Part shown: positions 58,933 to 64,000 of the stretch, in pieces
Numbering within the stretch: position 1 is the stretch's first letter
Layout of the letters: every line of letters begins with the position of its first letter
Origin: an uncultured delta proteobacterium
GTDB lineage: Bacteria > Desulfobacterota > Desulfuromonadia > Geobacterales > DSM-12255
Direction: 5' to 3'
Length of the DNA stretch: 64,000 bases
Assembly: GCA_963787125.1 (NCBI GenBank)
Contig: CAWBBV010000007.1
Location: forward strand, 416,001 to 480,000
Program-made: the position numbers and the translations under genes
The notes under the pieces: model-generated
What the model was told of the DNA's origin: nothing
What the model saw: the letters and a program-made list of their open reading frames with translations, nothing else
Databases searched by the model: none

Positions 58933-60930
58933 ATGGCAATTAATCCCGATAGAAACGATAACAGTAGGTCTCATCAGAATACATCATGCCTTATGAGCCG
59001 TTTTTCACTGGCAGTATCTCTTTCGGTCGTAACAATTATCTGTTTTTTCCTGATTCGTACGGTTTCAGAATACGACGTCTGGTTTCATCTCACCCTTGGT
59101 AGAGATATCCTCTGTAAAGCTGCCGTGCCGGTAATAGACAGTTTCAGTCTGCTTAACTTCGGCAGGCCCTATATTGATTCCCAATGGCTGTTTCAGGTCG
59201 TAATTGCTGCTGGTTATGCCCTCATAGGAGTTTATTGGCTTCAGGTCGTCCAGGTCGGACTGTGGGGCCTGGCGTTTTATTTCGTTTATCGTGCCACCTG
59301 TCAATGGACCTCGTCGGCAGGTTCCTTCCTCTTGCTGCTGTTGACTGCAATTGCCTGTGAAAACCGCTTCACCGTGAGACCGGAACTTGTCAGCATACTG
59401 ATGCTGGCTCTCTTTTACTGGCGGCTGCAACAGGGGCGATATCGCACCCTGAAAGAAATTTTACTCCTGGCTGCTCTGCAGGTTGTCTGGACAAATTCCC
59501 ACACTATGTTTATCATCGGTCCGTGTCTTGTCGGCTGTTATTTTGTGGCTTCGATTTTGAGAGGTTTGCAGGGCAAAGAGTATGCTGATACTCGCATGCT
59601 GGGACTGCTAACTGCTTCAACTGCCTTTGCCTGCATTCTAACCCCTTATGGCTGGAACATCATCGGCCATTCTCTGTCGCTTGTCGCTGCGGTTTCGCCT
59701 GATACTTTCCAGGGAGGACCTTCAGCATTGAAGTCGCCATTCAGCGGCATCGTCGAAATGCAGTCACCCTTTTCAACAGTAAATCGTACAACAATTGCAT
59801 TCTGGTTCTATCTGCTGCTCATGGTGGCATACCTGTGCAGCTTTGCAGTTCTGCTGGCGAAGCAGAGGATGGACCTGCCAATCGCCCGGACGCTGGTGGT
59901 GCTTGCAATGCTGGCAATATCCGTCAATGCAAACCGCAATATGCCGCTCTTTGCCCTGGTTGCGGCCCCACTGACTGCTGAATATCTGTCTTTAGCCGGA
60001 TCGTTGCTCCGTCGGCGGGTATGGAGCGGCATTCTTGTTTTTGCCCTGGCTGTTGCCGGATTGATGTTGTCTCCTCGAATAGCGCTCAATGAGTTGACCT
60101 ATGTGAAGCACCGCTTCGGCGCAGGAATATCCGGCGACTTTGTGCCGCTGGGGCTGCCGCTTTTTCTCGATAGGCTCGGCTTTACCGGACCGGTTTTCAA
60201 TTCGGCAACTCTTGGCGGATATTATTCCTTCCATGGCTATCCCGCCCGTATTCCTTTCCATGACGGGCGCTTCAATGCATATCAGCCTGCCGACCTTCTC
60301 AGGGTGAAGTCAATAGTGGGTCAGGGTAGCGTTGAACTCAGGAAGTGGCGTGATTTTTCAGCAGAGTATGATTTTAAAGGGATACTTCTTGAACATGATT
60401 CAGTGGAAGCAGCGGGACTGCTGCCGCTTTTGCCCGGTGAACCGCTCTGGCGGCTGGTCTACCTGGATAACGCCGCATCTTTTTGGCTCCGCACCGATCA
60501 AAAGAACCTCCCGACCCGCTTTGATGGTGAACAGGCGGCAAAATTGGCGCTAAATTCGGATTACTTCTCGGTGAGACAACTGGACATCTTTTTTGAAAAG
60601 ACCGGCATGTTTGCAGAGCAGAGGCTCATGCTGCTTGAACAGGCAACCGGAAATAGAAATGATTTGTATCTTCTGCAAATACTCGGTAATTTACAGCTGA
60701 AAACAGGTGCCATTGATAAAGCGGAACAAACTTTCAAAAGACTTCTTGCCATTGAGCCTAGGTCCAGAACCAACCTCAACTCACTGGCGCAGACAGCTTT
60801 AGTGAAGGGCAATGCGGATGCAGCTGAAGAGTGTGTCCTGCAGGCGCTCAAATATTATCCTGCTGATCCGCTGCTATTAGAAAATCTTGCCTTGATTCGC
60901 TCCGTCAGGGTGAAAAACACTCAGCAGTAA
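58933..60930 (+). CDS. Polytopic membrane protein (GT-C-like) with C-terminal TPR
   Basis: D.WFHL.LGR, WLFQV, RPE, W.NSH, PYG, E..SP, GGY...DGR; TPR tail. Confidence 0.7.
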   Translation: MAINPDRNDNSRSHQNTSCLMSRFSLAVSLSVVTIICFFLIRTVSEYDVWFHLTLGRDILCKAAVPVIDSFSLLNFGRPYIDSQWLFQVVIAAGYALIGVYWLQVVQVGLWGLAFYFVYRATCQWTSSAGSFLLLLLTAIACENRFTVRPELVSILMLALFYWRLQQGRYRTLKEILLLAALQVVWTNSHTMFIIGPCLVGCYFVASILRGLQGKEYADTRMLGLLTASTAFACILTPYGWNIIGHSLSLVAAVSPDTFQGGPSALKSPFSGIVEMQSPFSTVNRTTIAFWFYLLLMVAYLCSFAVLLAKQRMDLPIARTLVVLAMLAISVNANRNMPLFALVAAPLTAEYLSLAGSLLRRRVWSGILVFALAVAGLMLSPRIALNELTYVKHRFGAGISGDFVPLGLPLFLDRLGFTGPVFNSATLGGYYSFHGYPARIPFHDGRFNAYQPADLLRVKSIVGQGSVELRKWRDFSAEYDFKGILLEHDSVEAAGLLPLLPGEPLWRLVYLDNAASFWLRTDQKNLPTRFDGEQAAKLALNSDYFSVRQLDIFFEKTGMFAEQRLMLLEQATGNRNDLYLLQILGNLQLKTGAIDKAEQTFKRLLAIEPRSRTNLNSLAQTALVKGNADAAEECVLQALKYYPADPLLLENLALIRSVRVKNTQQ

Positions 60931-60991
60931 TTGACTGTAATGAACTGAAAACGTGCTGAAATAAAAAAAGTTAGCCAGACAGGATTAATGT

Positions 60992-62035
60992 ATGCGAGTA
61001 AAGAAACTGCTGAATATGGGGATGGCATCACTCAAGGCCAATCTTACCGGTGCAAAAACTCCGCTCAATGTAATGATATCTGTTACCAATCGCTGTCCGG
61101 CCCGGTGCAGTTACTGCAATATTCCGAACCGGCAGCAGCGGGAGATGACGACGGAGGAGATAATCCGTCTTTTTGACGAATTGAAACTGCTGGGAACCCA
61201 GCGGATCGCCCTCTGGGGGGGGGAACCGCTGATTCGTGACGATATCGGCGATCTCATCGAATATGCCAAGAAAAAGTGCGGTTTTTTTGTCAGCATCGAT
61301 ACGAACGGCTATCTCTTGCCGCAGAAGATAGCGCTGCTTGATCCGGTTGATGTTGTGGTGATAAGCTTTGACGGGCCGAAGGATGTGCACGACGAGAATC
61401 GTGAGCCGGGAAGTTACGAGAAAGTTATGGAGGCTCTGCGGGTCGCCTGCCGGACTCACAATGTTTTTACGATAACTGTCCTGACGAACAGAAATGTCGG
61501 CCATATCGATTTTATCCTCGAAAAAGCCCGAGAGCTCGGTTTTTCATGCACCTTTCAGCTGCCGCATCACACCAAGACTCTTGCTTCAGATAATGTGCAG
61601 ACGTTTGTTTCGGATAACGAGGAGTATCGCCAGGCAATCAGGCATCTGCTCAAACGTAAGCGGGAGGGGTGGCCGATTGTCTCCAGCTATCAGTATCTTA
61701 AGCGCCTTCTACAGTGGGATGACTACAGTACCTACGTATCGCCTGACAGAAAAGGGCTCACCTGCTGGGCCGGCAGCCTCTACTGCAATGTTGATACGGA
61801 TGGTTCAGTGTATCCCTGCTCCGGTACGGTCGGAGTCGTGCCGGCAAAGAACTTCCTTGATATCGGCTTCAAGGAAGCCTTTGCCGGCATCAGTAAGCCT
61901 GAGTGCAACTCCTGTATCGCTTCCTGTTTTACAGAATACAACTTCATGCACTCCTTCCAGTTGCAGGTTATCTGGAACTGGCTCGGTTATACGAAAAAAA
62001 GGGCCGTTCCTGCCACGGTGAAGCGCGTTGAATAA
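60992..62035 (+). CDS. Radical SAM/SPASM protein
   Basis: CPARCSYC, GGEPLIR, TNG, SFDG, CWAG...DGSVYPC, CNSC...C. Confidence 0.9.
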   Translation: MRVKKLLNMGMASLKANLTGAKTPLNVMISVTNRCPARCSYCNIPNRQQREMTTEEIIRLFDELKLLGTQRIALWGGEPLIRDDIGDLIEYAKKKCGFFVSIDTNGYLLPQKIALLDPVDVVVISFDGPKDVHDENREPGSYEKVMEALRVACRTHNVFTITVLTNRNVGHIDFILEKARELGFSCTFQLPHHTKTLASDNVQTFVSDNEEYRQAIRHLLKRKREGWPIVSSYQYLKRLLQWDDYSTYVSPDRKGLTCWAGSLYCNVDTDGSVYPCSGTVGVVPAKNFLDIGFKEAFAGISKPECNSCIASCFTEYNFMHSFQLQVIWNWLGYTKKRAVPATVKRVE

Positions 62036-63353
62036 GCAAAGGATTGTCATAGCAGGAGCCGGAATTGCCGGGCTCACCCTTGCCTATGAACTGTGCAAGG
62101 CAGGCCGGGATGTCACGGTAATTGAAAAAGAAAACGTGGTCGGCGGGCTGGCGAGAAGTTTCACCTATAAGAACGGCTATACCTTTGATGCAGGCCCGCA
62201 CCGGTTCTACACGGAGTTGCCGGCAGTTTTACAGCTGATTCATGAAGTGCTCGAAGAAGATATTCTGACCATGCCACGAAAAAGCGGTGTGCGGATGTTT
62301 GACCGTTATTTCGAGTGGCCGCTGGGTTTCATGGACCTTTTTCGGATGCCGCTGCGCGATTGTCTTGCGGTGGCTGTTGATATGTTCATGAAGAAGAGGC
62401 GGGAGGGGGAGAGTTTTGAAGATTACATTCTCTCCGCTTATGGCAAAACACTTTATGAGATTTTTTTCAAACCATACACAGAAAAGTTCCTTGGCTTGCC
62501 TTGCGGTGACATATCCAAACATTGGGCTTTAACCGGGATAGATCGGGCCGTTATCGACAGCAGCATCAAGGTGAACAATCTCTATTCTCTGGCGAGGTCT
62601 TTTTTTTCTCCCCAGCCGCCATTGCAGTTTATCTACCCCGAAAGCGGCGGCATAGGGGTTTTTTCAGAAAAACTGCGGAAAAAGATCCAGATGCTTGGCG
62701 GCAGAGTTATTCTTGGTGAGGCAGTTTCAGGGGTCAGCTGCAACAGCGATGGCTGTATTAGCAAAGTAACGGCAGACGGGGTTGATTATAACTGTGACAC
62801 GCTGGTCTGGAGTGCGCCCATTCCCGAGCTGACAGCGCTTCTTGGTGTTGCAGCGCCGGCACTGTCTTACCTCAGTCTGGTAATCTACAACTTTATGATT
62901 GCCGCAGTAATCAAGCCAACCTATCAGTGGTGCTACTTTGGCGCGGAAGATGTGCCGTTTAATCGCATATCCTATCCGACGCTGTTCAATCCGGCGTTGG
63001 CGCCTGCCGGTGAGGTCGGAATATGTGTCGAAGTTACCTGCCGAAAAGGTGAGGCTGTCTGGCAGAACCCTGAAACCATGACAGAACGGATTGTCGAGAG
63101 CATGATAGCGAACGGGGTGATCAGATCGAAGGAGGAGATCTGCGGTTGTCGAATCGAGAGAGTCGGCGGGGCATATCCGATCTATACCCTTGATTATGCC
63201 GAGAAACTCGATATTTCCCTGGCACTGCTTCATCAGTTCACGGGTCTTGAGCTGCTGGGTCGCACCGGCAGATTCTGGTACAACAATATGGATCACTCCA
63301 TCGAGGATGCCCTTGAGTTATCACTAAAACTTAACAGCAGTGAAAGTGAATGA
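62028..63353 (+). CDS. FAD-dependent oxidoreductase (HemY/UDP-galactopyranose mutase-like fold)
   Basis: GAGIAGL..A, E....VGG, FD.GPHRF, F..YTEK, AYP.Y, GR.G.F.YNNMDHS. Confidence 0.82.
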   Translation: MNKQRIVIAGAGIAGLTLAYELCKAGRDVTVIEKENVVGGLARSFTYKNGYTFDAGPHRFYTELPAVLQLIHEVLEEDILTMPRKSGVRMFDRYFEWPLGFMDLFRMPLRDCLAVAVDMFMKKRREGESFEDYILSAYGKTLYEIFFKPYTEKFLGLPCGDISKHWALTGIDRAVIDSSIKVNNLYSLARSFFSPQPPLQFIYPESGGIGVFSEKLRKKIQMLGGRVILGEAVSGVSCNSDGCISKVTADGVDYNCDTLVWSAPIPELTALLGVAAPALSYLSLVIYNFMIAAVIKPTYQWCYFGAEDVPFNRISYPTLFNPALAPAGEVGICVEVTCRKGEAVWQNPETMTERIVESMIANGVIRSKEEICGCRIERVGGAYPIYTLDYAEKLDISLALLHQFTGLELLGRTGRFWYNNMDHSIEDALELSLKLNSSESE

Positions 63354-64000
63354 AACAGCTGAACCGGGCCAAGCTTGCTATTCTTCTGACTGTTTCGCTT
63401 ATTGCCGCTAGCCTGCTCTTTCGTGCCTTTGCCGTAACCCCTTTTACGTTGGTGCTTCAGCTCAAAAGCATGGAGAAGGGTAAACGCGAGATAGTTGCAC
63501 TAGCGCAGAGTGGCGAATCGCTTTATATCCCGTTTGAGATAGGGGGGGATAGCGGCGAGTCCGCTGTCTACACTCTTGAACTCCCCGGAAAACAGCTGAA
63601 AAATATTATAATCCCTCCACTGGCATCACCCGGACGTTATGAAATCGAGCGGATCACTCTGGGGAACCCTTCAATAAGTTATCGCTGGGACGACTCAACA
63701 GCATGCCGCAGCCGCACCAGCTCTCAACCAGTCGGTTTCTACACCCCCTGTACTCAAGGCTCTCCGCTAGTAAGCTCTTTGAACGAAACAATAACCATTG
63801 CAGAAATTCCTTTGACAGGTGTTGTCAAGAGTCTCACCTACCGTTTGATAGTTTCTATTTTTGGCGGCGTTTTCATCTTTTGGGCAGGTGTTTACCTTTT
63901 GCGGTCCACTGCTGACGGAATTTCAAGGTCGGCAGTTTATGTTGAACGGGCAGGTTGGCTGCTTCTCATCTGTCTCTATCTTTACCAACTCTCGATGCTC
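63350..64000 (+). CDS. Hypothetical membrane protein (runs off the window end)
   Basis: ATGA-coupled start MKQLNRAKLAILLTVSLIAASLLF...; frame appears to stay open to the window end, with further hydrophobic segments. Confidence 0.6.
   Translation, partial: MKQLNRAKLAILLTVSLIAASLLFRAFAVTPFTLVLQLKSMEKGKREIVALAQSGESLYIPFEIGGDSGESAVYTLELPGKQLKNIIIPPLASPGRYEIERITLGNPSISYRWDDSTACRSRTSSQPVGFYTPCTQGSPLVSSLNETITIAEIPLTGVVKSLTYRLIVSIFGGVFIFWAGVYLLRSTADGISRSAVYVERAGWLLLICLYLYQLSML

Noticed and set aside
54389..61948. Diversity-generating retroelement TR/VR pair
   Set aside because: Mismatches are not adenine-specific, indels are present and there is no reverse transcriptase; simple paralog decay explains it

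Overview
Bacterial chromosomal window, most likely Geobacteraceae/Desulfuromonadia (inferred from gene content: CxxxxCH/CxxCH-type multiheme cytochromes, MshEN-REC and DUF4388 proteins, porin-glnK-amtB). 1-16.5 kb holds housekeeping, envelope and signalling genes: mnmA end, mtaB, gspB/exeA, ctpA, CNNM and TerC proteins, TonB-like protein, an MCP with a duplicated sensor domain, MshEN-REC, pilT-like ATPase and DUF4388. 16.7-21.5 kb holds an intact IS, then a sigma54-type porin-glnK-amtB operon with ANTAR-like leader hairpins. 22-35.7 kb holds two giant secreted multiheme cytochromes (about 43 and 29 heme-type motifs by manual count), followed by an unannotated 19-aa ORF (MKKSYVTPKITGSAVVHPC) with a strong RBS, a RiPP-like YxxP leader motif and a downstream terminator. 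35.9-64 kb is a co-oriented tailoring/glycosylation cluster: two GT2s, nitroreductase, AsnB, an SGNH/carbamoyltransferase/SxtK/SxtJ-like cassette, two TMTC-like and two other GT-C-like membrane proteins, three radical SAM/SPASM enzymes, a methyltransferase and an FAD oxidoreductase. It also contains decayed duplicated fragments, a 9x12-bp VNTR and an IS6-like element with a probable -1 frameshift. All calls come from reading motifs by eye; no database searches were run.
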